DNA from: an uncultured Alphaproteobacteria bacterium
GTDB taxonomy: Bacteria; Pseudomonadota; Alphaproteobacteria; Rs-D84
Reading direction: 5' to 3'
Assembly: GCA_947168075.1 (NCBI GenBank)
Contig: CAMVKK010000002.1
Location: forward strand, 1-45,705
DNA: 45,705 bases
Positions 24,723-34,770 of the stretch are shown here, in pieces (within the stretch, counting starts at the first letter, position 1; each line of letters opens with the position of its first letter). Below the pieces are notes generated by a model. The model was not told the origin of the DNA, searched no databases, and worked only from the letters and a program-made list of their open reading frames with translations. Made by a program: the position numbers and the translations under genes.

Positions 24723-25781
24723 TTACTTTCTGCACAATGCGAATACCATCAATGCCAAAGTTAGCCCGACACCCAATGCCAATATACCCAAATCAGTCAA
24801 ACTGGTCATCATATTCATTGCCGACATAAATATCGCCATAACAATCGCCATTGCCAAAACAGCCAAAGCAGGCGCGAAACTGGCGCGGCGGCGCAACAAA
24901 GATGACCGCAACAATATTGCCAAGCATAATGCCGCCAAAATGATATTCATTAATGGTTCCAAAAATCGCGTTGCCAGTTCGGTTAACGCATTTCGATGCC
25001 GTTTTGCAGTTGGCGAATCAAATATATCACGCAACAATTGTCCTGTTGAAACGCTGCGCACACGATACGAATTCATACCACCACGATCAGATACATTTAA
25101 ATCCATATCAAACGTGTCAAATGTTCCAGAAACCATCATATCGCCCCGCCCCTGGATAGAACCATTTGACATAACGATGGAAAGCCCACGCGTTGTAGCG
25201 ACCAATTTGCCCTTTTCCGCGAAAATAACCATTTCAGATTGTTTATTACGCATATCGGAAAGCATTACCTGGGACAAATCATAACCAGAAACCTTATCCA
25301 CATACACGACCAATCCAGATGCCAATTCAGTAAATGCTGATTCCTGTAATTTAAGATGCGCCAATCCATATCGCAAATTCCACTGCAAATCATAGAACCG
25401 TGTCTGGGTTGACGGCACAACAAATATACTTAACCCCAAATGTATTAATGTCATAATTATCGCAAAAGCCATTGCTGGGCGCGCAATTTGTCGCGGCGAC
25501 AGTCCAGTTGACGCCATAACGGTAACTTCGTTATCAGAAATCAATTTATTATACACAAAAATAATCGCGATAAATGTTACAAATGGAATGATAATTGATA
25601 TGATAAACGGTATCATCAACGCAGTCAGGCCAAAGAAACTGCTTATCTTGACCCCGTAATTAAGGACGAATTTCATCATGGACATTATTTGCACCATCCA
25701 TGCCAAACCCGCCAAAACCGCCAACAACATGATAAAAATCATCACCAATTGGCGCGAAAAATAACGATTTATGATACTCAT
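24723..25781 (-). CDS. LPS export ABC permease, LptF/LptG (YjgP/YjgQ) family
   Basis: N-terminus MSIINRYFSRQL.., 6 TM segments with a large periplasmic loop, adjacent to lptD. I cannot tell F from G. Confidence 0.8.
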   Translation of the reverse strand: MSIINRYFSRQLVMIFIMLLAVLAGLAWMVQIMSMMKFVLNYGVKISSFFGLTALMIPFIISIIIPFVTFIAIIFVYNKLISDNEVTVMASTGLSPRQIARPAMAFAIIMTLIHLGLSIFVVPSTQTRFYDLQWNLRYGLAHLKLQESAFTELASGLVVYVDKVSGYDLSQVMLSDMRNKQSEMVIFAEKGKLVATTRGLSIVMSNGSIQGRGDMMVSGTFDTFDMDLNVSDRGGMNSYRVRSVSTGQLLRDIFDSPTAKRHRNALTELATRFLEPLMNIILAALCLAILLRSSLLRRRASFAPALAVLAMAIVMAIFMSAMNMMTSLTDLGILALGVGLTLALMVFALCRK

Positions 25782-25823
25782 ACATCACAGTATAAAACGC
25801 ATCCGCCCAGGTGTCAAATATAT

Positions 25824-25926
25824 CAGAGTTCAAAGTGCAAAGTTCAAAATACAAATACTGTGTGCCGGCATCCGTCGGCACAGCTTTATTATATTTTAAC
25901 TCTTTGAACTCTGAGCTTTGCACTTT
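25824..25926. repeat. palindromic intergenic repeat, copy 1
   Basis: AGTTCAAAGTGCAAAGTTCAAAATA..GTGTGCCGGCATCCGTCGGCAC..CTTTATTATATTTTAAC..TTTGAACTC, a nested palindrome. It matches copy 2 at 30021. Confidence 0.75.
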
Positions 25927-26053
25927 TTGCTTGCTTTTTCCCGATTCGTGCTTAATAATAAGCCTGTTCTTAAAAGTAAAAGTTTTAGGGGCGGGGTTGA
26001 AGAACCCCGCTCTTTCAGTAAGAAAGACACATTAACACCGAAGGAGATATATA

Positions 26054-27592
26054 ATGTCTTTTGAATCTATGCCACGTCAGGATTTGTTATTGGCCATCGA
26101 CTCGCTGGCCCAGGAAAAGCAGATTGATCGTGAAATCGTTATTGAATCATTAGAAGCGGCCATTGCAAAAATCGCCAAACACAAATATGGCGAAGAATTT
26201 AATATCGTTGCAAATATTGACCGTAAAAATGGTGCTATTCACGTCAAACGTTTGTTTACAGTTATTGAATCACCTGAATCCGCCGGCGAAGATTATGATG
26301 CCAGCACAATGTTAACCGTGTCTGCGGCGAAAAAATACGCAAAAAATCCATCTGTGGGTGATGTGGTCGAAGATCCTTTACCGGAACCAGAATTTGGTCG
26401 TATGGCATTTCAAACGGCAAAACAAATTATGACTGCGCGTGTTCGCGATGCAGAAAAAGGCCGCCAATACGAAGAATTCAAAGACAATATTGGTGATATC
26501 GTATCGGGTGTTGTTAAACATATCGAATTCGGCAATGTATTTGTTGATATTAATGGCAAAGCCGAAGGCTATATTAAAAGTTCTGAATTAATACCTGGCG
26601 AAAGACTTGGTGTTGGTGACCGTGTCCGCGCATTGATTATGGATGTTACACGTTCTAATACGGGACCACAAATCTTTTTAACCCGTACGCACCCGCTGTT
26701 TATGGAAAAATTGTTTGTCCAAGAAGTGCCGGAAATATACGAAGGTTTGATTAAAATCAAATCTGTGGCACGCGCACCGGGTTCACATGCAAAAATCGCG
26801 GTTGAAACATCTGACCCGTCTATTGACGCGGTTGGTATGACCGTTGGGATTAAGGGTACGCGTATTCAGCCGGTTATTAACGAATGCCACGGCGAAAAAA
26901 TCGATGTTATTTTGTATTCTGATGACCCGGCTGTATTTGTCGTTAATGCAATTCAACCAGCCAAGGTGGCAAAAATCATCGTTGACGAAGATACACGCAC
27001 CGCAGCGGTTGTCGTTACCGAAGATCAACAATCCCTGGCCATTGGTCGCCGCGGTCAAAATGTCCGTCTTGCGTCACAATTAACGGGCTGGAACATTGAT
27101 GTTATGAACGAAGCCGAAGAACAAGAACGTCGTGCCAAAGAATTCAAAGAAAAGACAGAACTGTTTATCACAGGATTGGATGTCGATGAAATGATTGCAC
27201 ACCTGCTGATTACCGAAGGTTTCCGTACAATCGAAGAAGTTGCATTTGTGGATGCTTCTGAATTGGAATCAATCGAAGGGTTCAACCCAGAATTGGCAGC
27301 GGAATTACAAAAACGTGCCAAGGATTATTTGGCCAAGGTTGAACAAGACTATATCGAAAACGGCCACAAATTGGGCATGTCCGACGATTTGTTAAAATTT
27401 GATTTTATCAAACGTCCAATCATCATGAAACTTGGTGAAAACGGGATTAAATCGCTGGAAGACTTGGCTGATCTGTCGTCTGACGAATTAGTCGAAATCT
27501 TGGGTGAAGACACCATGAGTGAACGTCTGGCTGGTCGTGTTATTATGAAAGCACGCGAATTGGCATACAATATAGCGGTGGACAACGAATAA
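26054..27592 (+). CDS. nusA: transcription termination/antitermination factor NusA
   Basis: N-terminal domain, S1 and two KH domains (..IGRRGQNVRLASQLTGW..), plus a C-terminal acidic HhH repeat region. 512 aa, directly upstream of infB. Confidence 0.95.
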   Translation: MSFESMPRQDLLLAIDSLAQEKQIDREIVIESLEAAIAKIAKHKYGEEFNIVANIDRKNGAIHVKRLFTVIESPESAGEDYDASTMLTVSAAKKYAKNPSVGDVVEDPLPEPEFGRMAFQTAKQIMTARVRDAEKGRQYEEFKDNIGDIVSGVVKHIEFGNVFVDINGKAEGYIKSSELIPGERLGVGDRVRALIMDVTRSNTGPQIFLTRTHPLFMEKLFVQEVPEIYEGLIKIKSVARAPGSHAKIAVETSDPSIDAVGMTVGIKGTRIQPVINECHGEKIDVILYSDDPAVFVVNAIQPAKVAKIIVDEDTRTAAVVVTEDQQSLAIGRRGQNVRLASQLTGWNIDVMNEAEEQERRAKEFKEKTELFITGLDVDEMIAHLLITEGFRTIEEVAFVDASELESIEGFNPELAAELQKRAKDYLAKVEQDYIENGHKLGMSDDLLKFDFIKRPIIMKLGENGIKSLEDLADLSSDELVEILGEDTMSERLAGRVIMKARELAYNIAVDNE

Positions 27593-27634
27593 GGCGGTGC
27601 ACACTCTGAAACTCTAAAAAATCGGAGGTTTTTA

Positions 27635-30019
27635 ATGGCGACATTAACACTTGGAAAATCTGTAACGATTGACGCAGTACAAAGTAAAAAGGGCGATTCT
27701 GTTTTTGTGGAACGCCGCCGGCGCATTGTTGCCCCGGGCAGCAAGGAATTACGTGATGAACCGTCTAAACCTGTTCAAGCGCATAATGCCGCCGATGAAA
27801 AGTTACGTGCAGTATTAGAGGCCGCACGTGCACGCGAAGAAGAACGCAAAGCACGCGAAGCCGCCGAAGAAGCGGCGCGTGCCGCGCGCGAGGCCGAAAT
27901 AGCACGCGAAGCCGACGAGTATGATCGTGTCAAAATGCAATTGGCGGCGCGCGAAAATAGCGCGGACACATCCGACGTAGAGGAAAAAAAGCCAACTGTC
28001 GATAATTCCAAGAAAGCGCAAAATAGTAATTATAATCGCAATCGTGGCAACCAAAATCGTGCTGATATGGATGATGATCGTCCGCAAAAAAATAATTTCA
28101 AAAAAGACTTTAAAAAATCGGGCAAAATTTCTATTCACGATATTGTTATTGGTGGCGAAGACGATGATGATGAAATCGGTATTCGTGGTGCAAATCGCCG
28201 CCGGTCCGAAGCGTCATTAAAACGTTTCCGCGAAAAAGCGCGTGCTATATTTAACGCGCCGCAAAAGGTCGCACACGAAGTTACAATCGGTGAAACAATT
28301 ACCGTTAAAGACTTGGCTGCGGCTATGGCGGAAAAGGTCGGTAATGTTATTAAAAAGTTAATGGAAATGGGTATGATGGCGTCCGTCAATCAATCCATCG
28401 ATGCCGATACAGCCGAATTAATCGCGGGCGAATTTGGCGCAACCGTTAAACGCGTTGTGGTAAAGCCGTATGCCGAACAACTGGAACGGCAACCCGACCC
28501 AGAAAAATTACAGCCGCGTCCGCCGGTGGTTACCGTTGTGGGACATGTTGACCATGGTAAAACATCACTTTTGGACGCGTTCCGCAATGCAAATGTCGCG
28601 GCGGGCGAAGCGGGCGGTATTACCCAGCATGTTTCCGCATACGAAGTTAAATCTAAATCTGGTCCGATGATAACTTTCCTGGATACGCCGGGTCACGAAA
28701 CATTTACCGCAATGCGCGCACGTGGTGCACAAATGGCGGATATTGTCGTGTTGGTGGTTGCGGCAAATGATTCTATTATGCCACAAACAATAGAGGCTAT
28801 TAACCATATTCGTGCAGCCAAGGTGCCATTTATCGTTGCGATTAACAAAATCGATTTACCCGAAGCAAACCCGGGGCGCGTAAAAACAGACTTGCTGCAA
28901 CAGGAAGTCCAGGTCGAAGAAATGGGCGGCGATGTTCAGTGTGTTGAAATTTCCGCTAAAAATAAAATCGGTTTGGATAAGTTGGAAGAAGCGATTTTGC
29001 TTCAGGCCAGCATTATGGATTTAAAAGCGGACCCTGAAATGCCGGCGGTCGCCCATGTGGTAGAGGCGAAAATGGAACGCGGACTGGGCGCGGTTGCAAC
29101 CGTCCTGGTGCGCCAGGGAACATTAAAGATTGGTGATGTATTCGTTGTTGGTGAAACATTTGGACGCGTCCGTGGTTTAATCAATTCAGTTGGCGAACGC
29201 GTTAAATCAATGGGACCGGGCAAACCTGCGATTGTTTTGGGATTGGATTCTGTGCCATTGGCGGGCGATGAATTGCACGTTATGGAAACCGAAGCGCAAA
29301 CCCGCGAAGTCGCCGCGTATCGCGTGCAACAAGCCAAAAATAAAGCCAGCGCAGTTAAACGCTCGTCACTGGAAGAATTGTTTGCAAAACGCGATGCGAC
29401 CAAGAAATTGACATTGCCAATTATCCTGCGCGCCGATGTCCAGGGCAGTGTCGAAGCGATTTCTGATATGTTAAAAGATATTCATTCGGACAAAGCCGCG
29501 GTCGAAGTTCTGTCCGCCGGTGTTGGTCAAATTACCGAAGGCGACATTCGCCTTGCTGCGGCATCAAACGCGGTTATAATTGCGTTTAATGTTCGTGCGG
29601 ATGCGGCGGTGCGTGATATGGCGCGCGGTGCGGGTGTTGATATTCGCTATCACAGTGTTGTGTATCGCATTACCGATGAAATCAAAGAAATCTTGTCTGG
29701 TAAATTGGCACCGGAACGACGCGAAAACTTTATCGGATATGCCGATGTTATTGCACTGTTTACGGTGGGCAAGGGGGTACGTGTTGCCGGTTGTCGCGTA
29801 ACCGAGGGCACGATAAAGAAAGACGCTTTTGTGCGACTTCTGCGTAACAATGTCGTTATTTACGATGGAAAAATCGGCGAATTACGGCGCGAAAAGAACG
29901 AGGTCAAAGAAGTATCCAACGGTGTCGAATTCGGTATGAGTTTTGAAAAATACAACGACCTGAAAGAGGGCGACCGTGTTGAATGCTATGAAGTCCAAGA
30001 AGTTCGGACACAGTTATAA
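27635..30019 (+). CDS. infB: translation initiation factor IF-2
   Basis: G-domain motifs [18 protein letters not shown] and NKID, with a charged E/R/A-rich N-terminal region. Confidence 0.95.
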   Translation: MATLTLGKSVTIDAVQSKKGDSVFVERRRRIVAPGSKELRDEPSKPVQAHNAADEKLRAVLEAARAREEERKAREAAEEAARAAREAEIAREADEYDRVKMQLAARENSADTSDVEEKKPTVDNSKKAQNSNYNRNRGNQNRADMDDDRPQKNNFKKDFKKSGKISIHDIVIGGEDDDDEIGIRGANRRRSEASLKRFREKARAIFNAPQKVAHEVTIGETITVKDLAAAMAEKVGNVIKKLMEMGMMASVNQSIDADTAELIAGEFGATVKRVVVKPYAEQLERQPDPEKLQPRPPVVTVVGHVDHGKTSLLDAFRNANVAAGEAGGITQHVSAYEVKSKSGPMITFLDTPGHETFTAMRARGAQMADIVVLVVAANDSIMPQTIEAINHIRAAKVPFIVAINKIDLPEANPGRVKTDLLQQEVQVEEMGGDVQCVEISAKNKIGLDKLEEAILLQASIMDLKADPEMPAVAHVVEAKMERGLGAVATVLVRQGTLKIGDVFVVGETFGRVRGLINSVGERVKSMGPGKPAIVLGLDSVPLAGDELHVMETEAQTREVAAYRVQQAKNKASAVKRSSLEELFAKRDATKKLTLPIILRADVQGSVEAISDMLKDIHSDKAAVEVLSAGVGQITEGDIRLAAASNAVIIAFNVRADAAVRDMARGAGVDIRYHSVVYRITDEIKEILSGKLAPERRENFIGYADVIALFTVGKGVRVAGCRVTEGTIKKDAFVRLLRNNVVIYDGKIGELRREKNEVKEVSNGVEFGMSFEKYNDLKEGDRVECYEVQEVRTQL

Positions 30020-30020
30020 A

Positions 30021-30089
30021 AGTTCAAAGTGGAAAGTTCAAATAATGTGTGCCGGCGAATGCCGGCACTACTTTATTATATTTGAACTT
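30021..30089. repeat. palindromic intergenic repeat, copy 2
   Basis: AGTTCAAAGTGGAAAGTTCAAATAATGTGTGCCGGCGAATGCCGGCACTACTTTATTATATTTGAACTT, in the same orientation as copy 1. It fills the infB/virD4 convergent gap. Confidence 0.75.
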
Positions 30090-32302
30090 TATTCCACAAA
30101 CTCTTTCAATTCGCCGGTGGCGGGGTTATAGACACGCGGTTTCCCTGTATATCCCATAATTTTATGATGTGATGGAATTAAAAATTCCGGCAACGGCGAC
30201 GATTCACCCATTGCCATAAATCCAGCAAGACGAGGATCTTTGAATGCAAATTGCTTATCGGCCTCTATCGGGCGATGGTACCATCCCTGGAATATGACAA
30301 GTTGTTTATCTTCGGACAGTTTCATTATATCCATTGGCGAATATAATAATTCAGAAGATTTTTCATCTTTTTCTTTACCATCGGCCCCTTTGACCGTTTT
30401 TATTTTTATTTTTTCGCCCATCATATCCGAAAACCTTTTGGCTGTGTCGGGGTCATTCTGGCGCATAACAATTTTTGCCGCCGTGGTCGATATAATCGTT
30501 GCGGCCGCATCGGCACCATATTTTTCCTGAATCTGGTGAATATCCTGGCCAATAATCAGGTATGATATCTTTTGTCCACGCCCCAGGTCGGGTCCCTGGA
30601 TCACCGCCTGTAACTTCTGCATCTTGGGCATTTCGTCCAACACAAACAGAACCGGATACGGCCCCATTTTTTTGCCGTCATGTTCGGAATCCGGCGCGTT
30701 TGCCAGCAAAAAGTTTGACATCAATTCGATAAATATGCCGGTAATAGGATTTAATGCCTGGGCATCAACCATATTGATTGATAAATACACCGACACAGGC
30801 TTGATTTTTCCATCCCGCGGGTCAACCATACCGCGCAAATCGGCAAAGTGAAAATCCGAATGGCTTGTCCGATTACGCACAGCCGCATTACGGAAAATCG
30901 CCAATCCAGACATAGCGGTTGATAATATAGACCCGCGTTCCTTGTCCGGCGTATTTGCTAATTGAGTTAATTCCAGAACCGCACGGTGGGAATAGGCATA
31001 TCGGCGCGCCTCGTCCACAGCATTAAGTAATAATTTTTGCATGTTATCTTCCATCATGACCATTTGGTCGCCGGCGCGACGACGTTCCTCCATTTCATTG
31101 GCTATGGAAATTTGTGCCGCGTTTAACCAATCCAAAATCATGGAAAGTGAAGCCTCGCGTCCGACCCAGGCATCGGGTATATTTTCCCATGTTCCAACAT
31201 GAACATAGTTTTCCGCGGTTAATTCCCCGCGTTGCAGGGTTGCCACCGCCGCATAGGCATTTGGATCGTCCATCATAGAAAGATAGTAATCCGACAACAC
31301 CGCCGCATCATCTTTGTTAAATGTTCCTTCTTTCAACCGGGCAAAGAAATAATCATCCGCCTTGGCCCGTTCAACCTTGGACACAATAAAGTGAATCATA
31401 CCCGACAACGCCGCACGACCGGTTATTGTCCAGTGCGGATCCGCCGATGAACTTGTTGTATCCGGCACCAGCACGCTGCAAATTGTATCAATGTACAAAT
31501 CGCGTTGTTCACCACCAAACGGGACATGTTCTGGCGATAACGGATTCCACGATGGATAATAAATGCCACGCGCCGGATCATCCTGACCCGCCCAATTCAA
31601 AATGAACACCGGGCCAATCGTCGAACGATATCCAGACGTACCCTGTTTTAATTCAGGTTTCGGATCATTAATAATCATTGAAACGTTATTACAATCCAAA
31701 ATTGTGGGAATAACCACACCTTGGGTCTTACCGGTTCCCGGGGGCGCAACACACAACGCGGACAGACATTCATTCATCATCAAAGGCTGTTTTTTAAAAT
31801 AACCCAAAACCATCATGAAACCTTTTAACAGGCCCATTTTTTCAATATCTTCCTTATTTGCCTTGCGCGAAGATTTTTCGTCCAATTTATCTTTGTCATT
31901 GGGATTAAATTCAGACACCACGGCACTGTCCGCCATCATGTAATACGCAATTATCGGAAACAGCGGCGCCATACACGCCATATCGGTATACATAAAACAA
32001 CGATATAACCATGATGGTATTTCTGCAACAACGGACATTCCCGCCGTTGAAATCATATTTTGTAAATATATTTTAGTCCACACAGCCGATGCCGGCGACC
32101 AACCATAACGCCACACATGTTCCAGAATAAACGATGCACAAAACGCCAACGCGCAAACAATCCAAATAGACACCACCCAGCGCAATTCCCAGAATATGCG
32201 TGCATACGGTGTGCGTTCGTGTTCTTTGTAAGACGCCGAATTAAAAATATTCAGCCCTTTGCCTTTGCCACCCGCGGATAAAATCTTGAACTGTTCTGCC
32301 AT
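30089..32302 (-). CDS. virD4: type IV secretion coupling protein, VirD4/TraG family
   Basis: N-terminal TM segments, Walker A VAPPGTGKTQGVVIPT, Walker B VLFVLDEMPKM, and the conserved RGQKISYLIIGQDIHQIQEKYG block. 737 aa. Confidence 0.8.
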   Translation of the reverse strand: MAEQFKILSAGGKGKGLNIFNSASYKEHERTPYARIFWELRWVVSIWIVCALAFCASFILEHVWRYGWSPASAVWTKIYLQNMISTAGMSVVAEIPSWLYRCFMYTDMACMAPLFPIIAYYMMADSAVVSEFNPNDKDKLDEKSSRKANKEDIEKMGLLKGFMMVLGYFKKQPLMMNECLSALCVAPPGTGKTQGVVIPTILDCNNVSMIINDPKPELKQGTSGYRSTIGPVFILNWAGQDDPARGIYYPSWNPLSPEHVPFGGEQRDLYIDTICSVLVPDTTSSSADPHWTITGRAALSGMIHFIVSKVERAKADDYFFARLKEGTFNKDDAAVLSDYYLSMMDDPNAYAAVATLQRGELTAENYVHVGTWENIPDAWVGREASLSMILDWLNAAQISIANEMEERRRAGDQMVMMEDNMQKLLLNAVDEARRYAYSHRAVLELTQLANTPDKERGSILSTAMSGLAIFRNAAVRNRTSHSDFHFADLRGMVDPRDGKIKPVSVYLSINMVDAQALNPITGIFIELMSNFLLANAPDSEHDGKKMGPYPVLFVLDEMPKMQKLQAVIQGPDLGRGQKISYLIIGQDIHQIQEKYGADAAATIISTTAAKIVMRQNDPDTAKRFSDMMGEKIKIKTVKGADGKEKDEKSSELLYSPMDIMKLSEDKQLVIFQGWYHRPIEADKQFAFKDPRLAGFMAMGESSPLPEFLIPSHHKIMGYTGKPRVYNPATGELKEFVE

Positions 32303-32360
32303 TGTGTTATGATTATATCAGAAAAAAGCCATTTAATAAATCATAATCGCACTAAAAAAA

Positions 32361-33014
32361 ATGAAAAATATACCAAGAATCTTTGTGGGCGACAATATAA
32401 AACCCGGTATGATAATACCGGCATCACGCGAAGTGGCACACTACCTGAGCCATGTTATGCGAACGCATGACACAATTGTATTTGGTGGCGGACATGAATA
32501 TAACGCGACACTGGATGATGCCGGAAAAAATATTATTGTTGGTGCCGACACGGGGCATGCCGACCCATCGGGCGATATAACGCTTTACTTTGCGCCGATA
32601 AAACGCACCGATGATTTGATTAATATGGCGACTCAGTTGGGGGTGAAAAAACTTGTCCCCGTAATTACAGAACACGCCACCGCACACCATATAAACTGGG
32701 AACGGATGAAAAAAATAGCGATTGAGGCCGCTGAACAATCAAACCGCAACAGTGTTCCGGAAATCGCGACACCGATAAAATTCGCCGACCTTGATTTGTC
32801 GGGTTTTGCTTTTGCCGATGAACGCGCCGCATACGGTGCAAAGTGCGCAAACGCAACAGAAAATAAATCCATACTTGTCGGGCCCGAGGGCGGCTTTTCC
32901 GATACGGAATTTGTCGCACTGGATGCCGCGGGTGCGGTTGGTATATCACTGGGGCAAACAATATTGCGCGCCGAATTGGCGGCGGCAATTGCGGTATCAA
33001 AAGCGACGAAATGA
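32361..33014 (+). CDS. rsmE: 16S rRNA m3U1498 methyltransferase
   Basis: RIF start motif (IPRIFV), and WERMKKIAIEAAEQSNRNSVPEI and LVGPEGGFS..LRAE blocks as in E. coli RsmE. Short at 217 aa. Confidence 0.85.
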   Translation: MKNIPRIFVGDNIKPGMIIPASREVAHYLSHVMRTHDTIVFGGGHEYNATLDDAGKNIIVGADTGHADPSGDITLYFAPIKRTDDLINMATQLGVKKLVPVITEHATAHHINWERMKKIAIEAAEQSNRNSVPEIATPIKFADLDLSGFAFADERAAYGAKCANATENKSILVGPEGGFSDTEFVALDAAGAVGISLGQTILRAELAAAIAVSKATK

Positions 33015-33706
33015 AAACACGAATTGCGAAATTTATTGCTGATTCTGGAATCGCGTCGCGCCGCGCAGCCGAAGATTTAATTGCACGTGGCATGGTTAAA
33101 GTCAATGGCACAAAAATAGATACCCCGGTGTTTTTTGTTGATGAAAATGATGTGGTTGTTGTTAATGGAAAAAAAGTTACGAAAAAGTCGGACACAAAAC
33201 TTTACGCGTTTCATAAGCCGATAAATACCGTTACAACACGCACAGATCCAAATGGTCGCCAAACCATTTACGATGTTTTACCGGCTGAATATAAAAACCT
33301 TAAATACATTGGGCGGCTGGATTATAAAACAACTGGATTGTTGTTAATGACAAACGATGGTGAATTGGCGCGAAAAATGACATTACCATCATCACATATT
33401 CCGCGCACATATATCGCGACAGTCTATGGCGATTTATCAAATTTGGACATTGCGCGGCGTGGCATAACGGTCCGTGGAATAAAATATGCACCGATGAAAA
33501 TTGATGTAATTGACGACAAACATTTGCGCGTTGAAATAGTCGAAGGAAAAAAGAACGAAGTACGCATAGTTTTGGCCGCTGTTGGTGCCCCGGTAAAGAA
33601 ATTGCATCGCATATCGTTTGGAAAAATTGATTTGGGAAATATTCCGGTCGGAAAAATTCGTGAAATAAATCAGAAAACAATTGACCTGATTTTAAAATCT
33701 TTCTAA
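33011..33706 (+). CDS. pseudouridine synthase, RsuA/RluB family
   Basis: S4 domain (IAKFIADSGIASRRAAEDLI) and catalytic GRLDYKTTGLLLMTNDG. The start overlaps the rsmE stop. Confidence 0.85.
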   Translation: MKTRIAKFIADSGIASRRAAEDLIARGMVKVNGTKIDTPVFFVDENDVVVVNGKKVTKKSDTKLYAFHKPINTVTTRTDPNGRQTIYDVLPAEYKNLKYIGRLDYKTTGLLLMTNDGELARKMTLPSSHIPRTYIATVYGDLSNLDIARRGITVRGIKYAPMKIDVIDDKHLRVEIVEGKKNEVRIVLAAVGAPVKKLHRISFGKIDLGNIPVGKIREINQKTIDLILKSF

Positions 33707-33735
33707 GATTGTATTAACAAGGAAGGGAGATTTAC

Positions 33736-34722
33736 ATGAAAAAAACCACCAAAACACACGCAACGAAATCTGTTAACACCGCGAAAACTGCGCCATTGGC
33801 ACGCCCTGCGGTTAAAAAGCAGTATAATCCATGGTCGTTTTCGATTTATGTTTATTGGTTTATAATTTTGTTCTTTATTGCGGCGACTTTTTATATTTTA
33901 GGTCGCAGCCATGGTGTTTTGAATCATCGTGTGCCATTAAATAATTCGGCAAATATTTCCGAAGAAGCATTAATGCAGGCATCTGATTATTACGAAGCCG
34001 GCAAAACAAAATTATTATCCGGTGATGCCGAAGGTGCAATCGAAGATTTAACAACCGCAATTGATGCGGGTAACCCGACCGTTGATATGTATGTTCTGCG
34101 GGGCGAAGCATATATGCAGACCGCAAATTATGCCGGCGCATTGGACGATTTCAATGCCGCACTGGATTTAAATCAGACCAGTTCCGTGGCATATTACGAT
34201 CGTGCGTTGTTAAATATGCGCCTGGAAAATTATGATGCGGCGTTGGCTGACATTAATAATGCGTTGGCGGCGCGGGCAACCACGGACGAAGATATTTTAC
34301 AACTGCGCGATTTATATGCGAAACGCGGTCAATTGAACCTTTGGTTAAAGAATTGGGATGGTGCGATTGCGGACTATACAAATTCGTTGGCGCGTCCGGA
34401 TGGCATTGTTAACCCATCTGTTTATGCAGAACGTGCCGAAGCGTACACAGCTATCGGTGACTATGCATCGGCGATTGCGGACTATTCCGCCGCTGTGCGT
34501 GTAATTTCCGAACAGATTCAGGGCGCAGCCACATCTGATGAACGCGAATTAATGTCATCAAACGCTATGTCGTATTTTGAAAAATCTGCGGCGTTAAATC
34601 TGCAAATGGGTAATACCCAGGCATCGTTAAATGATCTGGAATCGGCACGAACAATTGCAATGGCGTTGAACGATACCGAAACAGTTGAACGTTTGAATAA
34701 TTTAATTGCGGAATTACAATAA
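33736..34722 (+). CDS. membrane-anchored TPR-repeat protein
   Basis: One TM (FSIYVYWFIILFFIAATFYIL), then repeated A..Y..A..D...AL TPR-like units. Confidence 0.7.
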   Translation: MKKTTKTHATKSVNTAKTAPLARPAVKKQYNPWSFSIYVYWFIILFFIAATFYILGRSHGVLNHRVPLNNSANISEEALMQASDYYEAGKTKLLSGDAEGAIEDLTTAIDAGNPTVDMYVLRGEAYMQTANYAGALDDFNAALDLNQTSSVAYYDRALLNMRLENYDAALADINNALAARATTDEDILQLRDLYAKRGQLNLWLKNWDGAIADYTNSLARPDGIVNPSVYAERAEAYTAIGDYASAIADYSAAVRVISEQIQGAATSDERELMSSNAMSYFEKSAALNLQMGNTQASLNDLESARTIAMALNDTETVERLNNLIAELQ

Positions 34723-34743
34723 TACGCAGAATAAATACAAAAA

Positions 34744-34763
34744 ACGCCGGCAAATGCCGGTGT
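34744..34763. terminator. bidirectional terminator hairpin (CCGGC-AAAT-GCCGG family)
   Basis: ACGCCGGC-AAAT-GCCGGTGT flanked by A6 and T6, between convergent genes. Confidence 0.65.
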
Positions 34764-34770
34764 TTTTTAA

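Noticed and set aside
25660-26035. ORFs 25660..25923 (-) and 25811..26035 (+) as possible rimP or small genes upstream of nusA.
   Set aside because: They span the palindromic repeat, show no resemblance to RimP and have no SD. I treat them as chance frames in an intergenic region.
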